From an uncultured Acidimicrobiia bacterium (lineage in GTDB: Bacteria > Acidobacteriota > Terriglobia > Versatilivoradales > Versatilivoraceae): a stretch of 64,000 bases of DNA. The number at the start of each line of letters is the position of its first letter. Position 1 is the first letter of the stretch. Positions 39,393 through 53,506 of this stretch are shown piece after piece. The position numbers and the translations under genes were made by a program. The DNA lies in contig CAWBAT010000004.1 of NCBI GenBank assembly GCA_963786955.1, positions 416,001 through 480,000 on the forward strand, given 5' to 3'. The notes beneath the pieces were generated by a model. The model ran no database searches. It saw only the letters and a program-made list of their open reading frames with translations, and had not been told where the DNA came from.

Positions 39393-39824
39393 ATGTCAAC
39401 CTATTTTCCCAAAGCCGACGAGATCAGCCACAAATGGTTTGTCGTGGACGCTCAAGATCAGGTTTTGGGACGCCTGGCGACTCATGTCGCCAATATTCTG
39501 TCTGGGAAATTGAACCCTTGCTGGGTTCCCTTTATGGATACCGGGGATCACGTCATCGTGATCAACGCGGAAAAAGTAAAATTAACCGGTAATAAAGTAA
39601 ACCAAAAGCAATATTACCATTACAGCGGTTATCCTGGCGGAATGAAAGCCACTTCTGCCCGGGAAATGAAAGCCAAGAAGGCTGACCGGATGGTGGAACA
39701 GGCCATTAAGGGTATGCTGCCGAAGAATAAGCTCGGCCGGGCGATGGCCTCGAAGCTAAAGGTTTACGTTGGAGATTCTCATCCCCATCAGGCACAACAG
39801 CCGATGGTTTCTGTTATTCATTGA
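39393..39824 (+). CDS. rplM: 50S ribosomal protein L13
   Basis: WFVVDA...[16 protein letters not shown] and GMLPKN motifs. Confidence 0.97.
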   Translation: MSTYFPKADEISHKWFVVDAQDQVLGRLATHVANILSGKLNPCWVPFMDTGDHVIVINAEKVKLTGNKVNQKQYYHYSGYPGGMKATSAREMKAKKADRMVEQAIKGMLPKNKLGRAMASKLKVYVGDSHPHQAQQPMVSVIH

Positions 39825-39846
39825 TCTTGCGGGGGGGAAATTAGGC

Positions 39847-40242
39847 GTGGTCGCACTCGTTCAATATTATGGTACAGGCAGGCGTAAATCAGCAACAGCG
39901 AGAGTTTACCTGCGTCCTGGAAAAGGCAGTTTTGTCGTTAATGATCGCCAGTTTGAAGGTTACTTTAAGAATGAAGCCCTCCGGATGGTCATCAATCAAC
40001 CGTTTCAACTGACAGAGACTTCTGACAAATTTGACATTCTAGTGAAAGTGGCTGGAGGCGGCCCCTCCGGACAGGCAGGGGCGGTCCGCCTGGGAATTTC
40101 CCGGGCGCTTCAGGAATACAACTTGGAACTCCGGAAGAAGCTCAAGAAAGCCGGTTTCCTGACCCGCGATTCGCGCATTAAGGAGCGCAAGAAATACGGG
40201 CAGAAAGGCGCCCGCAAGAAATTCCAGTTCTCCAAGCGTTAA
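39847..40242 (+). CDS. rpsI: 30S ribosomal protein S9
   Basis: YGTGRRK and ERKKYG...QFSKR; GTG start. Confidence 0.97.
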   Translation: MVALVQYYGTGRRKSATARVYLRPGKGSFVVNDRQFEGYFKNEALRMVINQPFQLTETSDKFDILVKVAGGGPSGQAGAVRLGISRALQEYNLELRKKLKKAGFLTRDSRIKERKKYGQKGARKKFQFSKR

Positions 40243-40323
40243 TGTGTAGAGAGGACGACGGTCGAATCGTTATCCTTTAAATTACGGGACAATCTTAATA
40301 TTAAGGATTTCCGGGAGGTTTGT

Positions 40324-41220
40324 TTGGCTTCTGTTTCGATGAAAGAATTACTGGAGGCTGGAGTCCATTTTGGACACCAGACCAAGCGCTGGAATCCGAA
40401 AATGAAGGAATATATTTTTGGAGAGCGGAATGGGATTTACATCATTGATCTACAGAAAACGCTCCGCATGTTCAAGGAAGCGACTCGTTTCATTACTGAA
40501 TGTGCGACCCAGGGCGGAAGAATCCTGTTTGTGGGGACCAAAAGGCAGGCGCAGGAGGCCATTGCGGAAGAGGCTCAGCGTTGCGGGATGTACTTTGTCA
40601 ATCAGCGCTGGCTGGGCGGTTTGCTAACCAACTTTTCGACGATTCAGAAATCCATCAAACGCCTGCAGGAGTTGGAGGAGATGTCTCAGGATGGACGCTA
40701 CCAGCTCTTATCCAAGAAAGAGGTATCGCGGTTGGAACGCGAACGCAAGAGTTTGGATAAGAACCTGTCCGGGATCAAGTCCATGGTCAAGCTACCCCAA
40801 GTTGTGTTCATTGTGGATTCGAAAAATGAAGAGATCGCTGTGAAAGAAGCCAACCGGCTTGGGATCCCTGTAGTCGCAGTGGTCGACACCAACTGCGATC
40901 CCGACAATATTGATTATATTATCCCTGGAAATGATGATGCCTTAAGGGCTATTAAGCTATTTGTTTCAAAAATTGCCGATGCGGTGATTGAAGGCGCCGC
41001 CACCTTGAAGGATCAGGCGGCTGAAAACCAGGAAGGTGCTGGAGCGGTTTCGGAAACGAGTGCTTCCGGCACAACGGAGCCGAGAGGGAATGGTTCGAGC
41101 AGTAAAGAGGGTGTTGGTGCAGTTGGTGAACCAAGGATCAGTGTAGAAGCTTCAGAAGGAGTATCGGGAGGCTCAGCCGTCAAATCGACGCTAGGTACAC
41201 TGCCCGCGACTATAAGTTAA
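40324..41220 (+). CDS. rpsB: 30S ribosomal protein S2
   Basis: [15 protein letters not shown] and PGNDDA motifs. Confidence 0.97.
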   Translation: MASVSMKELLEAGVHFGHQTKRWNPKMKEYIFGERNGIYIIDLQKTLRMFKEATRFITECATQGGRILFVGTKRQAQEAIAEEAQRCGMYFVNQRWLGGLLTNFSTIQKSIKRLQELEEMSQDGRYQLLSKKEVSRLERERKSLDKNLSGIKSMVKLPQVVFIVDSKNEEIAVKEANRLGIPVVAVVDTNCDPDNIDYIIPGNDDALRAIKLFVSKIADAVIEGAATLKDQAAENQEGAGAVSETSASGTTEPRGNGSSSKEGVGAVGEPRISVEASEGVSGGSAVKSTLGTLPATIS

Positions 41221-41406
41221 CTCCTCAATTCCCCACTCGAAATACCTGTTTTAACTCAACTCCAACGCACTGCGTCGGGCAAGGTAAAGGCATTATCTTC
41301 CTTTTGCGTCCATGTCGGTGGATCTGACACCCATAGCCCGGGCCTTCTCCATGATATCCCAGCCTTCATCTTTCATTCTCGTTTCGCGAAAAGGAGTTAT
41401 TTCTTA

Positions 41407-42054
41407 ATGGCAATTACGGCAGAACAGGTCAAGAAACTGCGTGAAGCCACAGGAGCTGGCATGATGGAGTGCAAAAATGCCCTGGGTGAAAGCGCTGGAG
41501 ATTTCGACAAGGCAGTCGTCATCCTGAGGAAGAAAGGATTAGCCGCTGCGGCCAAGAAGGCAGAGCGTATCGCCTCTGACGGGATTGTCATGTCCTATCT
41601 GCACCCGGGTAGCAAGTTGGGCGTTTTACTTGAGCTCAACTGTGAAACTGACTTTGTGGCAAGAATGCCGGAGTTCCAGGACTTGGCCAAGGACCTGGCC
41701 ATGCATATCGCCGCGATGGACCCCAAGTATGTGCGCCGGGAAGATGTTCCCGAATCTGTCATGGCTCAGGAGCGGGAGATTCATCGCGAAAAGGCATTGA
41801 AATCGGGGAAACCAGCGAACGTGATTGAGAAAATTGTCGATGGGCAACTCAACAAATTCTTGGCGGAAGTCTGCGTCTATGAACAGCCCTTCGTAAAGAA
41901 TGATACGTTGACGGTCGGTCAGTTACTGACCGAAAAAGTCGCCATGATCAAGGAAAACATCACTCTCCGAAGGTTCTCTCGATTCAAGCTCGGAGAAGGC
42001 TTAGAAAAACGAACTGTCGATTTTGCGTCTGAGGTTGCCTCCCAGATCGGTTAA
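41407..42054 (+). CDS. tsf: Elongation factor Ts
   Basis: [13 protein letters not shown] and [10 protein letters not shown] motifs. Confidence 0.97.
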   Translation: MAITAEQVKKLREATGAGMMECKNALGESAGDFDKAVVILRKKGLAAAAKKAERIASDGIVMSYLHPGSKLGVLLELNCETDFVARMPEFQDLAKDLAMHIAAMDPKYVRREDVPESVMAQEREIHREKALKSGKPANVIEKIVDGQLNKFLAEVCVYEQPFVKNDTLTVGQLLTEKVAMIKENITLRRFSRFKLGEGLEKRTVDFASEVASQIG

Positions 42055-42059
42055 CGCTT

Positions 42060-42776
42060 ATGACCTCCCCCGTATACAAAAGAGTGCTTCTGAAGTTAAG
42101 TGGGGAAGCCCTGATGGGCAGCCAAGGATATGGAGTGGATCCGGCAGTGGCAGCCCGCGTGGCAGAGGAAATCAAAGAAGTCCATGGCTTGGGGGTCGAA
42201 CTCGCCATTGTCATTGGCGGTGGGAATATCTTCCGTGGTTTATCGGCCACAGCGCAAGGAATGGACCGGGTTTCCGGGGACTTGATGGGCATGCTGGCAA
42301 CCGTGATCAACGCAATTGCGCTGCAGGATGCTCTGGAAAAGATTTCGATCTACACGCGGGTCGTCTCGGCCATTGAAATGCGCGAAGTGGCAGAGCCCTA
42401 TATTCGTCGCCGAGCTATTCGTCATCTAGAGAAACAACGAGTGGTGATTTTTGCCGCGGGTACAGGGAATCCCTATTTTTCAACAGACACGGCAGCTGCC
42501 TTGCGCGCCATGGAGATTAAGGCAGAAGTTATTCTCAAAGCCACCAAAGTCGACGGGATCTATGATGCCGACCCGGTCAAGGTAAAAACAGCCACCATGT
42601 TCACGGAAATTCGATATATCGACGTGCTCCGCAAGCAGCTCAGCGTCATGGATACCACGGCCATTTCCCTCTGCATGGATAACAGCCTCCCTATCGTTGT
42701 TTTTAATCTGCTTCACCCCGGTAATATCAAACGCGTCCTGTTAGGAGAAAAAATCGGGACGATTGTAAAGGTTTAA
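42060..42776 (+). CDS. pyrH: UMP kinase
   Basis: [17 protein letters not shown] and GNPYFSTD motifs. Confidence 0.97.
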   Translation: MTSPVYKRVLLKLSGEALMGSQGYGVDPAVAARVAEEIKEVHGLGVELAIVIGGGNIFRGLSATAQGMDRVSGDLMGMLATVINAIALQDALEKISIYTRVVSAIEMREVAEPYIRRRAIRHLEKQRVVIFAAGTGNPYFSTDTAAALRAMEIKAEVILKATKVDGIYDADPVKVKTATMFTEIRYIDVLRKQLSVMDTTAISLCMDNSLPIVVFNLLHPGNIKRVLLGEKIGTIVKV

Positions 42777-43339
42777 TGACTATGACGAAGGAGCTTATTC
42801 AAAAGACAAGAACCCGAATGGAGAAAGTCGCTGAAGATCTGCGGCGTGAGCTGGCCTCAGTCAGGACAGGTCGTGCCAACGTTTCACTGCTCGATCATAT
42901 CAAGGTCGACTATTATGGCACGCCCACTCCGGTCAATCAGGTCGCGACGCTCGCGGTGCCGGAACCGGCATTGATCACGGCCCAGCCTTGGGATGCATCG
43001 ATTTTAGCTGAAATTGAAAAAGCCATTCGATCCTCGGACCTCGGCCTAAATCCTAGTAATGACGGCAAGATTGTCCGAATTCCCATCCCGCCGCTCACGG
43101 AGGAGAGACGTAAGCAGCTGGCAAAACATATTGGGAAAGTCCTTGAAGACCATCGCACAGCGGTCCGTAATATCCGACGAGACGAAAATGATGTCCTCAA
43201 AAAGATGCTCAAGGAAAAACAGATTTCTGAAGACGACGAGCGAAAAGCGATAGACGAGGTCCAGAAAATCACGGACCAGATGGTCGGCAAGGTGGAAGAC
43301 ATGGCTAAGAAGAAGGAAGAAGAGATCATGAAAGTGTAA
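42776..43339 (+). CDS. frr: Ribosome recycling factor
   Basis: RTGRA, PPLTEERR and RNIRRD motifs. Confidence 0.97.
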   Translation: MTMTKELIQKTRTRMEKVAEDLRRELASVRTGRANVSLLDHIKVDYYGTPTPVNQVATLAVPEPALITAQPWDASILAEIEKAIRSSDLGLNPSNDGKIVRIPIPPLTEERRKQLAKHIGKVLEDHRTAVRNIRRDENDVLKKMLKEKQISEDDERKAIDEVQKITDQMVGKVEDMAKKKEEEIMKV

Positions 43340-43356
43340 TTAAGATCAATTTTCGA

Positions 43357-43385
43357 TTGACACCGGTAGGTCGATTTGATACATT
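43357..43385 (+). promoter_or_regulatory. Sigma70 promoter of the str operon
   Basis: TTGACA-N17-TACATT with a TGn extension. Confidence 0.7.
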
Positions 43386-43461
43386 TTCAGGGTTTTTCGC
43401 CCGACGAAATCGGGCGAGGGTAGTTTTGGGAGTAAGTTCGTTGTTTCGAGGAGATTAAGTC

Positions 43462-43833
43462 TTGCCCACGTTCAATCAGTTGGTCAGAAGGGGTCGGGAA
43501 AAACCGAGATACAAAACGAGCAGTCCTGCGCTGCAGAGTTGCCCTCAAAAACGCGGGGTATGTGTTCGTGTCTATACCTCGACGCCAAAGAAACCCAACT
43601 CGGCTCTTCGAAAAGTGGCTCGAGTCCGTCTAACCAACGGGATCGAAGTCACGACCTATATCCCGGGGATTGGTCATAATCTGCAGGAGCACTCCATCGT
43701 CCTCATCCGTGGTGGGCGCGTGAAGGACCTTCCTGGCGTACGCTACCACGTGGTGCGAGGGACTTTGGATTCGGTAGGTGTCCAGAACCGAAAGAAAAGC
43801 CGGTCTAAGTACGGGACCAAGCGACCCAAATAG
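43462..43833 (+). CDS. rpsL: 30S ribosomal protein S12
   Basis: [10 protein letters not shown] and RVKDLPGV motifs. Confidence 0.98.
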   Translation: MPTFNQLVRRGREKPRYKTSSPALQSCPQKRGVCVRVYTSTPKKPNSALRKVARVRLTNGIEVTTYIPGIGHNLQEHSIVLIRGGRVKDLPGVRYHVVRGTLDSVGVQNRKKSRSKYGTKRPK

Positions 43834-43909
43834 TTTTTCTCCCCACTGACACGAGTTCGAACTGATTGAAGACACTCCAAAGAGAGGCGTTTTCGAAAGG
43901 GTTGGTATT

Positions 43910-44380
43910 ATGCCGCGAAAAGGGAATGTACCCAAACGCGAGGTTCTTCCAGATCCACTCTACAACAGCACCCTGGTGTCTAAGTTCGTCAACTGCATCA
44001 TGTGGGATGGCAAGAAGAGCACGGCGGAAAACATCTTTTACAAGTCGCTGGATATCATTCAGAAAAAAACCAGCGACGATCCCGTGAAGATCTTCAAGAA
44101 AGCAGTTGAAAATGTGAAGCCGGTCTTGGAAGTCAAGACCCGTCGTGTTGGCGGGGCCAACTATCAGGTCCCGGTCGAGGTTAATCCGAACCGCAGGATT
44201 TCCCTGTCGATTCGCTGGCTGGTCACTTTCTCGCGGGCTCGGAAGGAAAAATCCATGGAAGAGAAATTGGCCATGGAATTGATTGACGCCTCCAACAACC
44301 GCGGCTCAGCAGTCAAGAAGCGGGAAGATGTCCACAAAATGGCAGAAGCCAACAAAGCGTTTGCTCATTATCGCTGGTAG
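43910..44380 (+). CDS. rpsG: 30S ribosomal protein S7
   Basis: [11 protein letters not shown] and [12 protein letters not shown] motifs. Confidence 0.98.
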   Translation: MPRKGNVPKREVLPDPLYNSTLVSKFVNCIMWDGKKSTAENIFYKSLDIIQKKTSDDPVKIFKKAVENVKPVLEVKTRRVGGANYQVPVEVNPNRRISLSIRWLVTFSRARKEKSMEEKLAMELIDASNNRGSAVKKREDVHKMAEANKAFAHYRW

Positions 44381-44417
44381 TTCCAGGTTATTCGTTAGAT
44401 TTTTTTGATTCAAAAAA

Positions 44418-46502
44418 ATGCCACGGCTTGCTCCACTGAAGTACACCAGAAATATCGGAATCATGGCTCACATCGATGCCGGAAAGACAACGGCGACGGA
44501 GCGGATTCTCTACTACACCGGTATCACCCATAAGATCGGGGAAGTGCATGAGGGTACCGCGATCATGGACTGGATGGAGCAAGAACAAGAGCGTGGCATC
44601 ACCATCACGTCGGCAGCCACGACCTGTTTCTGGAAGGATTACCGGATTAACATCATCGACACCCCAGGCCACGTGGATTTCACCGCCGAAGTGGAGCGCA
44701 GCCTCCGAGTCCTGGATGGAGCCATCTGCCTGTTGGGTTCAGTCGAAGGTGTGGAACCGCAGACCGAGACGGTTTGGCGGCAAGGGGACAAGTATCGGGT
44801 TCCTCGGATCATTTTCATTAACAAAATGGATCGGGTGGGAGCAGACTTCTTCCGTTGTCTGGACATGGTCAAGAGTCGGTTAAGAACGAATGCCGTACCC
44901 GTGCAGCTTCCCTTGGGTAAAGAAGACACCTTTTCCGGAGTCATTGACCTGATGTCGATGAAGACCATCGTCTACAAGGACGACACGATGGGAGCCATGT
45001 ACCAGGTCGAGGATATTCCGGCTGATTCCCTCGACGAGGCTCAGTTTTATCGAGAAAAGATGGTCGAATCGATCTGCGAGCATGATGAGAAACTGCTCGA
45101 GAAATTCCTTGGCGGTGAAGAGACCCAGGTGGACGAGTTGAAAGCCGCTCTCAGGCACGCCACCTTAAATTCGATTCTGACGCCGGTTTTCTGTGGAGCC
45201 GCCTTCAAGAATAAAGGCATCCAGCCCCTGATGGATGGCGTGATCGATTATCTCCCTTCCCCGCTGGACCTCCCTCCGGTCGTTGCCACCACCCCAGACG
45301 GATCCCGGGAAGTGGTCCGTACGGCCGATGACAGCGAACCCTTCTCAGCTTTGGTTTTCAAGATCATGACCGATCCTTTTGTGGGTCAACTCGCCTTCGT
45401 CAGAGTGTACTCAGGAATGCTGAAGTCTGGATCCTATGTGTACAACTCTGCAAAAGGAACGCGGGAGCGCGTCGGACGCCTGCTGCAGATGCATGCCAAC
45501 AAGCGAGAAGAAATCAAAGAAGTCTATGCAGGTGACATTGCGGCGGCGGTTGGTTTGAAGAATGTGACCACCGGCGACACCATCTGTAATGAAGAGGATC
45601 CAGTCCTCTTGGAGACCATCGATTTTCCGGTACCTGTGATTTCGGTTGCGGTTGAGCCAAAAACCAAGGGAGATCAGGAAAAGTTGGGGTTGGCTCTCAG
45701 CAAACTGGCCCAGGAGGATCCCACCTTCAAGGTAGAAACCGATCAGGAAACTGGGCAAACAATCATCTCCGGCATGGGAGAACTTCATCTGGAGATTCTG
45801 GTCGACCGTATGTTTCGCGAGTTTGGAGTCAGCGCTAATGTAGGGAAACCTCAGGTTGCCTATCGCGAAACGATTCTCAAAAAGGCCGATGCAGAAGGTA
45901 AATTTATTCGCCAGACGGGTGGCCGCGGTCAATACGGGCATGTCAAACTCACGGTGGAACCCAGTGAACCCGGCAAAGGTGTGGAATTTGCAAACAAGAC
46001 CGTGGGTGGGTCGGTGCCCAAGGAGTATGTGAATGCCGTTGAGAAGGGGGTTCGTGAGGCGTTGGAGACAGGAGTCCTGGCCGGTTATGAGGTCCAGGAT
46101 GTCATGATTACGCTGTATGACGGCTCTTACCACGAAGTCGATTCCTCTGAAATGGCTTTTAAAATTGCAGGCTCCATGGCGGTGAAAGAAGCCTGCCAAA
46201 GAGCAAAGCCCGTATTGCTTGAACCGATCATGAAAGTCGAAGCGGTGGTACCGGAAGAATTTATGGGTCCGGTGGTCGGAGATCTGAATTCCCGTAGAGG
46301 TCGGATCGAGACGACGGAATCTCGTGCAGGATCGCAGGTTGTCACGGCCTTCGTTCCACTTTCCGAAATGTTCGGTTATTCCACTGACCTTCGCTCCAAG
46401 ACCCAAGGAAGAGCCACTTACTCCATGCACTTCTATCATTACGAACAGGCTCCGAAGATGGTCAGTGACGAAATCGTGGCGCGAGTCCAGGGAAGGGTGT
46501 AA
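44418..46502 (+). CDS. fusA: Elongation factor G
   Basis: [20 protein letters not shown] and GMGELHL motifs. Confidence 0.98.
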   Translation: MPRLAPLKYTRNIGIMAHIDAGKTTATERILYYTGITHKIGEVHEGTAIMDWMEQEQERGITITSAATTCFWKDYRINIIDTPGHVDFTAEVERSLRVLDGAICLLGSVEGVEPQTETVWRQGDKYRVPRIIFINKMDRVGADFFRCLDMVKSRLRTNAVPVQLPLGKEDTFSGVIDLMSMKTIVYKDDTMGAMYQVEDIPADSLDEAQFYREKMVESICEHDEKLLEKFLGGEETQVDELKAALRHATLNSILTPVFCGAAFKNKGIQPLMDGVIDYLPSPLDLPPVVATTPDGSREVVRTADDSEPFSALVFKIMTDPFVGQLAFVRVYSGMLKSGSYVYNSAKGTRERVGRLLQMHANKREEIKEVYAGDIAAAVGLKNVTTGDTICNEEDPVLLETIDFPVPVISVAVEPKTKGDQEKLGLALSKLAQEDPTFKVETDQETGQTIISGMGELHLEILVDRMFREFGVSANVGKPQVAYRETILKKADAEGKFIRQTGGRGQYGHVKLTVEPSEPGKGVEFANKTVGGSVPKEYVNAVEKGVREALETGVLAGYEVQDVMITLYDGSYHEVDSSEMAFKIAGSMAVKEACQRAKPVLLEPIMKVEAVVPEEFMGPVVGDLNSRRGRIETTESRAGSQVVTAFVPLSEMFGYSTDLRSKTQGRATYSMHFYHYEQAPKMVSDEIVARVQGRV

Positions 46503-46559
46503 CCCCCTCCCTGAATCTGGAAATCGCCCTTATTTGACAGAGAAAGGAAAGACACAGCG

Positions 46560-47747
<1,188 letters not shown>

Positions 47748-47880
47748 GACGCGCTGCCCGCTTCTCCCAGACGATTCCGTTTGCTCCTCTTAATCGGTTG
47801 AAGGCGCAGCTTGAGAATCCACTGATTTGGCGTGTCCCGTCGAACGCCAATATGCAAGACCAAGTAGGATTATTAAAACT

Positions 47881-48207
47881 ATGCTGAATGAAAAGATAAG
47901 AATTCGATTGAAAGCTTACGACTATCGAGTGCTGGATCAATCTGCGTCGGAAATTGTCGATACAGCCAGAAGAACGGGGGCCCGTGTGGCAGGACCTATC
48001 CCTTTGCCTACCGTCAAGAACAAATACTGTGTCCTTCGTTCCCCGCATGTGGATAAGAAATCTCGAGAGCAGTTTGAAATTCGCACCCACAAAAGACTCT
48101 TGGATATCCTCGAACCGACACCGCAAACCATCGATGCCTTAATGAAGCTGGACTTGCCAGCAGGCGTCGATGTTGAGATCAAGGCCTACGGCAAGGAGCA
48201 CAAGTAA
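47881..48207 (+). CDS. rpsJ: 30S ribosomal protein S10
   Basis: [16 protein letters not shown] and [12 protein letters not shown] motifs. Confidence 0.97.
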   Translation: MLNEKIRIRLKAYDYRVLDQSASEIVDTARRTGARVAGPIPLPTVKNKYCVLRSPHVDKKSREQFEIRTHKRLLDILEPTPQTIDALMKLDLPAGVDVEIKAYGKEHK

Positions 48208-48222
48208 ATCGGAGCAGCTTTT

Positions 48223-48852
48223 ATGATTAATGGCATTCTGGGCAAGAAAATAGGGATGACGCAGTTATTTGACCCAAATGGTACTGTCACGCCCGCGACC
48301 GTCATTAAAGCAGGCCCTTGCGTGGTCGTTCAGAAAAAAACCGCGGCCAAAGACGGGTATGATGCCATTCAGTTGGGACTCGTCGAATTCATTAAAGAAA
48401 ACCGTGTCAGCCAGGCGATGAAAGGACACTTCAAGAAAGCCAATGTTCCGCCGGTTAAGTTTATCAAAGAATTTCGCTTGAAAGAATCGAGCGAGTCCAC
48501 AGCAGTCGGATCAAAGGTTTTGGTGAATCTCTTCTCTCCTAGCGATATGGTGGATGTCATCGGCATTAGCAAAGGGAAGGGATTTGCAGGAGTGATCAAG
48601 CGGCACCATTTTGGCGGCGGTGCTGCGAGTCACGGTTCCATGTTCCATCGGGCTCCTGGGTCGATTGGTTCTTCAGCGTTCCCATCGAGAGTATTTAAAG
48701 GGATGAGGGCGGCCGGCCGCATGGGGCAGGACCGGGTCACGATGCGGAATTTAGAGGTCATAGAAGTTGATGCAGAAAACAATATTCTGGTGGTCAGGGG
48801 CGCAGTTCCCGGAGCGAACGGCGGATACTTACTGATCCAGAAGAAAAGTTGA
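48223..48852 (+). CDS. rplC: 50S ribosomal protein L3
   Basis: GKKIGMTQ and KGKGFAG motifs. Confidence 0.97.
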   Translation: MINGILGKKIGMTQLFDPNGTVTPATVIKAGPCVVVQKKTAAKDGYDAIQLGLVEFIKENRVSQAMKGHFKKANVPPVKFIKEFRLKESSESTAVGSKVLVNLFSPSDMVDVIGISKGKGFAGVIKRHHFGGGAASHGSMFHRAPGSIGSSAFPSRVFKGMRAAGRMGQDRVTMRNLEVIEVDAENNILVVRGAVPGANGGYLLIQKKS

Positions 48853-48987
48853 CCCTCACCCGCGGTGGGGTGGGATCACGGCTGGACTCTTGAATCCGTT
48901 CGTCGTCGGTTTCCCCCTGGAATAAAAAGATCGATCCGTGAAGGCAAGTCAGGCGAAAACGCCATTTCTAAGAATTGGAAATTGAAG

Positions 48988-49614
48988 ATGCCACAATTAC
49001 AGATAAAAGATCTCAAGAATCAAGTGATCGGCGAGATCGAGCTCTATGACAGTGTCTTTGGATCAAAAGTCAATAAGAGCCTGCTCTTCGCGGCGGTAAA
49101 ACATTATCTGGACAGTCTAAGACAAGGCACCCATGCCACCAAGAATCGGGGCGCTGTCCGGGGCGGCGGCAAGAAGCCCTGGAGACAGAAAGGAACAGGT
49201 CGGGCAAGGGTGGGCAGCAGCCGTAATCCCATTTGGCGTCACGGCGGCGTCGCGCACGGTCCAACACCTCGCTCTTATGCTTTCCACCTCCCCAAGAAGA
49301 TGATTCAAGGTGCCCTGCGCTCTGCCCTGACTGAAAAATACAATGGGAATGCCATTGTAGTAGTTGACCAGTTCGCTCTTCCCACACACAAAACTAAGGA
49401 TTTCAGAAAAGTGCTCAACACCATCGACCTCAGCAAAAAGTTGCTGATCGTGGAATCCGGTAAGAATGAAAACCTCGAGCGCGCCGCTGAAAATCTGGCG
49501 GATGTCAAGCTGGTGCAGAATAAAGACGTCAATGTTTATGACTTGCTAAAGTACGAGCAGGTCGTCTTCTCGAAGACTGCCATCCAAAGATTGCAGGAGA
49601 CTTTAAATATATGA
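48988..49614 (+). CDS. rplD: 50S ribosomal protein L4
   Basis: KPWRQKGTGRAR motif. Confidence 0.97.
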   Translation: MPQLQIKDLKNQVIGEIELYDSVFGSKVNKSLLFAAVKHYLDSLRQGTHATKNRGAVRGGGKKPWRQKGTGRARVGSSRNPIWRHGGVAHGPTPRSYAFHLPKKMIQGALRSALTEKYNGNAIVVVDQFALPTHKTKDFRKVLNTIDLSKKLLIVESGKNENLERAAENLADVKLVQNKDVNVYDLLKYEQVVFSKTAIQRLQETLNI

Positions 49615-49904
49615 AGAACGTCTTCGCAGTGGTTAAGCGGCCGATTATTACGGAAAAGGGATTGGACCAGAAAGAAGAAAAGGGCACTCTCTGTTTTCAA
49701 GTCGATGTTCACGCCAATAAGGCAGAAGTCAAAGATGCCATTGAGACAATTTTCAAGGTCAAAGTTGCCTCGGTGAGGACCCTGAGCTTCCAGGGGAAGC
49801 AGCGCCGCCGGGGTCGATTTGTTGGTTACAAATCCGACTGGAAGAAAGCTTACGTCCGGCTTAAGCCGGGTGAGAAGATGATTGACTACGCGGAGAATAT
49901 CTAA
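49611..49904 (+). CDS. rplW: 50S ribosomal protein L23
   Basis: PIITEK and WKKAYVRL motifs. Confidence 0.96.
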   Translation: MKNVFAVVKRPIITEKGLDQKEEKGTLCFQVDVHANKAEVKDAIETIFKVKVASVRTLSFQGKQRRRGRFVGYKSDWKKAYVRLKPGEKMIDYAENI

Positions 49905-49905
49905 T

Positions 49906-50727
49906 ATGGGTCTCAAGTCATTCAGGCCGATTACCCCCTCCTTGCGGTTTCAGACCGTCACGACTTTCGATGATATTACGAAAACCCAACCGGAAAAAAG
50001 TCTCACTCAGCCCAAGTTGAGAACCGGGGGACGAAACAATATCGGGCGATTGACGGTACGGCATCGCGGGGGAGGTCACAAGAAGCTTTATCGCCTCATC
50101 GATTTCAAGCGCGAAAAAGTAGGAGTCCCCGCCAAGGTAGCAGCCATCGAGTATGATCCGAATCGGTCCGCTCGAATTGCGTTGCTGAACTATGCCGACG
50201 GTGAAAAGCGCTATATTCTTCAGCCGGTCGGACTGCAGGTTGGAGCAACGGTTGTTTCTGGAGTGGATGCAGATATCCTCGTGGGCAATGCTCTTCCCTT
50301 GAAAAATATTCCTTTGGGCACCACGATTCACAATCTCGAAATGCGCAAAGGCAAAGGCGCACAGCTGGTTCGCTCAGCTGGAAGCGGAGCCCAATTGGTG
50401 GCCAAAGAAGGCGAATATGCTCAGGTGAAACTTCCTTCTGGCGAAGTTCGCAAGATTCACATTGAATGCATGGCGACGATTGGCCAAGTGGGCAATCTGG
50501 ATCATTCTAACGTGACCCTTGGAAAAGCCGGCCGGAAGCGCTGGCTGGGAATCAGACCGACCGTTCGCGGGGTCGCCATGAATCCAGTGGATCATCCGCA
50601 TGGTGGGGGTGAAGGCAAAACCTCGGGAGGCCGTCATCCCGTGACCCCTTGGGGACAGCCCACGCGCGGGTTCAAGACTCGCAATAACAAGCGGACGAAC
50701 AAAATGATCATCAGACGGATTAACTAG
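49906..50727 (+). CDS. rplB: 50S ribosomal protein L2
   Basis: EYDPNRSA and [13 protein letters not shown] motifs. Confidence 0.98.
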   Translation: MGLKSFRPITPSLRFQTVTTFDDITKTQPEKSLTQPKLRTGGRNNIGRLTVRHRGGGHKKLYRLIDFKREKVGVPAKVAAIEYDPNRSARIALLNYADGEKRYILQPVGLQVGATVVSGVDADILVGNALPLKNIPLGTTIHNLEMRKGKGAQLVRSAGSGAQLVAKEGEYAQVKLPSGEVRKIHIECMATIGQVGNLDHSNVTLGKAGRKRWLGIRPTVRGVAMNPVDHPHGGGEGKTSGGRHPVTPWGQPTRGFKTRNNKRTNKMIIRRIN

Positions 50728-50752
50728 TTGAGGCGGAGGAGAGGAGACATCG

Positions 50753-51067
50753 ATGGCGCGCTCGGTTAAAAAAGGGGCTTTTGTAGATGATTTTCTGGCC
50801 AAAACCATCGAAGCGATGAATAAGAAGTTTGAGAAGAAGGTGCTCAAGACCTGGTCCCGGCGATCGACTGTGATCCCGGAGATGGTGGGTCATACGCTCG
50901 CTGTTCATAACGGCAAGAAGTTTATTCCGGTCTACATCACCGAGAATATGGTTGGGCACAAACTCGGAGAATTTTCTCCGACACGGATTTTCAAAGGGCA
51001 CAGCTCCAAGGCAGCCTCCGAGAGAACCGCTTCTCCGGCGCCCGCGTCAGCACCGAAGCCGAGTTAA
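50753..51067 (+). CDS. rpsS: 30S ribosomal protein S19
   Basis: TWSRRS and GHKLGEF motifs. Confidence 0.97.
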   Translation: MARSVKKGAFVDDFLAKTIEAMNKKFEKKVLKTWSRRSTVIPEMVGHTLAVHNGKKFIPVYITENMVGHKLGEFSPTRIFKGHSSKAASERTASPAPASAPKPS

Positions 51068-51092
51068 ATTATTACCGTCAAGGGGTTTTTCT

Positions 51093-51428
51093 ATGGAAGC
51101 TCATGCAACCGCAAAGTACATTCGGGGATCTGCCCAGAAAGCACGCCTGGTTATCGATCTGATCCGTGGGAAGAATGTTTCTGAAGCATTGACCATCCTT
51201 CGCTACACCAAGAAGCGGATCTGTAGGGAAGTCGAGAAGGTACTCAAATCAGCCGTTGCGAATGCGGAGCAGAAGATTGACGGACTCGATGTCGACAGTC
51301 TGGTGGTCAGCCAGGCTTACGTCAACGAAGGTCCACGCATGAAACGAGTACGCCCCGCTCCGATGGGCCGCGCTTTTCGGATTCAGCGCCGGATGAGTCA
51401 CATTTCAATCCACGTTTCTGATCATTAG
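51093..51428 (+). CDS. rplV: 50S ribosomal protein L22
   Basis: [11 protein letters not shown] and SAVANA motifs. Confidence 0.96.
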   Translation: MEAHATAKYIRGSAQKARLVIDLIRGKNVSEALTILRYTKKRICREVEKVLKSAVANAEQKIDGLDVDSLVVSQAYVNEGPRMKRVRPAPMGRAFRIQRRMSHISIHVSDH

Positions 51429-51438
51429 GGAGGACATT

Positions 51439-52101
51439 TTGGGACAGAAAGTTCACCCGTACGGTTTTCGATTAGGATTCAATAAAACTTGGAAGTCGCG
51501 TTGGTACGCCAAGAAGGATTACAGCACTCTTCTGCATGAAGACCTCCGGCTGAAAGCCGAATTAAAAAAACAGCTCGGCCATGCGGGAGTTTCTTTGATC
51601 GAGATTGAGCGCCCCGGAAATAAGATCCGCATTACGATTCACACCTCTCGCCCTGGAATCATTATTGGACGTAAAGGATCCGAGATCGACAAACTGAAGG
51701 CCGACTTGCAGAAGCGTACCAATCGTGAAGTCTTCATCAATATCAATGAAATTCACCGGCCTGAGCTGGACGCCCAACTGGTGGCAGAATCCATTGCCCT
51801 TCAGTTGGAGAAACGGATCGCGTTTCGCCGCGCGATGAGAAAGGCAGTCGATACATCTCTCAAATTCAACGCCAAAGGAATTAAAGTGTATTGTGCGGGC
51901 CGGTTGAATGGAGCTGAAATCGCCCGGACGGAATGGTATTTGCAAGGCCGGCTTCCCTTGCACACTTTACGGGCCGACATCGATTATGGAGTTGCCGAAG
52001 CCCACACGACCTATGGCGTCATTGGCGTGAAAGTCTGGATCTATAAGGGGGAAGTCTTCCCATCCGTAGTCAAGAAGGTACCCTTGGGGAGCCGATTATA
52101 A
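51439..52101 (+). CDS. rpsC: 30S ribosomal protein S3
   Basis: [12 protein letters not shown] and [11 protein letters not shown] motifs. Confidence 0.97.
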   Translation: MGQKVHPYGFRLGFNKTWKSRWYAKKDYSTLLHEDLRLKAELKKQLGHAGVSLIEIERPGNKIRITIHTSRPGIIIGRKGSEIDKLKADLQKRTNREVFININEIHRPELDAQLVAESIALQLEKRIAFRRAMRKAVDTSLKFNAKGIKVYCAGRLNGAEIARTEWYLQGRLPLHTLRADIDYGVAEAHTTYGVIGVKVWIYKGEVFPSVVKKVPLGSRL

Positions 52102-52131
52102 CCCTGATCCTGGGTTAGGGAGATTGATTGC

Positions 52132-52548
52132 ATGTTGATGCCGAAAAAAGTCAAATACCGCAAGCAGCAGCGCGGTCGGATGAAGGGCAAGGCATGGCGG
52201 GGTTCAGACATTTCCTTTGGAGAATTTGGACTGAAAGCCATGGAGCCAGGATGGATCTCAGATCGCCAGATCGAAGCAGCTCGCGTTGCCATGACTCGCT
52301 TCATCAAGCGCGGAGGGAAAATTTGGGTTCGATTGTTTCCGGATAAGCCAGTCACCAAAAAACCTGCGGAAACACGCATGGGAAAGGGTAAAGGCGCTCC
52401 GGAATTCTGGGTGGCAGTTGTTCGTCCGGGCAAGATTCTTTTTGAGATGGAAGGCGTCAAGGAGGAAGTCGCTCGGGAAGCCATGCGCTTGGCAGCCAAT
52501 AAGATTTCAATTCATACGAAGTTTATAACCCGCATAACACAGGAATAG
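52132..52548 (+). CDS. rplP: 50S ribosomal protein L16
   Basis: RMGKGKG motif. Confidence 0.97.
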   Translation: MLMPKKVKYRKQQRGRMKGKAWRGSDISFGEFGLKAMEPGWISDRQIEAARVAMTRFIKRGGKIWVRLFPDKPVTKKPAETRMGKGKGAPEFWVAVVRPGKILFEMEGVKEEVAREAMRLAANKISIHTKFITRITQE

Positions 52549-52552
52549 TCTC

Positions 52553-52792
52553 ATGAAAGCAGAAAAGATCCGCGAACTGTCAGCTGAGGAATTGAAGTCT
52601 CGACTGCAAGAATCGCATGAAAATGTCTTCCGGTTGCGATTTCAGCTGGCGACCGGCCAGACTGAAGGACTGAGCAAACTTCGGGCTTTGCGGAAGGAAA
52701 TTGCCCGTATGAAGACCATTGGCCAAGAGCGTAAGCTGAAAAACGCTCCCACTGAGAAAAAAAAGCAGCTTAACATCGCGAAAGCAGAATAA
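52553..52792 (+). CDS. rpmC: 50S ribosomal protein L29
   Basis: LRFQLATGQ and RKEIAR motifs; expected position in the operon. Confidence 0.93.
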   Translation: MKAEKIRELSAEELKSRLQESHENVFRLRFQLATGQTEGLSKLRALRKEIARMKTIGQERKLKNAPTEKKKQLNIAKAE

Positions 52793-53094
52793 TGGATATG
52801 GAGAATCAAAAAACACAGGAAACATCAGCTCCTTCGAAGACCAAAAGGAAAGCCATTAAAGTCGGAGTAGTCACGAGCAACCGGATGAATAAGACGATTG
52901 TCGTCTCGGTCGAACGTCGAGTTCCGCACCCGCTGTATCGACGTATTGTCACCAAGACCTCAACGTTCATGGCTCACGACGAGAAGAATGCCTGTGCCAT
53001 CGGAGATACGGTGGCTATCGAGGAGACCAGACCCCTGAGCCGCCACAAGCGCTGGCGCTTGCAGTCGATCATTCGGAAGGCTAGCCAGGTTTAA
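52792..53094 (+). CDS. rpsQ: 30S ribosomal protein S17
   Basis: MNKTIVV, HPLY and ETRPLS motifs. Confidence 0.96.
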   Translation: MDMENQKTQETSAPSKTKRKAIKVGVVTSNRMNKTIVVSVERRVPHPLYRRIVTKTSTFMAHDEKNACAIGDTVAIEETRPLSRHKRWRLQSIIRKASQV

Positions 53095-53136
53095 GGTCTC
53101 AGAGACGTACCTTTTAAGATTGAGGAGTAAGTCACA

Positions 53137-53505
53137 ATGATTCAAATGGGAACGGTCCTGGAAGTGGCAGACAACTCAGGGGCGCGAAAGATCTCCTGTA
53201 TATTGCCCCTAGGGGGATCGACCGGCAGCAAGGCCTCGTTAGGCGATATTATTACGGCTGCCGTCAAGGAAGTCACCCCTGATGGGAACATCAAAAAGGG
53301 CAACGTCGTGCGAGCCGTCATTGTCAGAACGAGGAAAGAACATCGACGCCGAGATGGCTCCTATATCCGCTTTGACCAGAACGCCGCCGTCCTGATTAAT
53401 GAAGCCAATGAGCCCGTGGGCACCCGGGTCTTCGGACCGGTCGCACGGGAATTGCGGGAAAAGCGGTTTGTTAAGATTATCTCACTTGCGCCGGAGGTCA
53501 TTTAA
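53137..53505 (+). CDS. rplN: 50S ribosomal protein L14
   Basis: VADNSGA and GTRVFGPV motifs. Confidence 0.97.
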   Translation: MIQMGTVLEVADNSGARKISCILPLGGSTGSKASLGDIITAAVKEVTPDGNIKKGNVVRAVIVRTRKEHRRRDGSYIRFDQNAAVLINEANEPVGTRVFGPVARELREKRFVKIISLAPEVI

Positions 53506-53506
53506 C

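Noticed and set aside
43462-43833. Possible streptomycin-resistance allele of rpsL
   Set aside because: The KKPNSA and RVKDLPG motifs are wild type.
45411-46439. 342-aa antisense ORF in fusA, and similar shadow ORFs across udg, yicC and the ribosomal genes
   Set aside because: These are antisense shadows of conserved genes.
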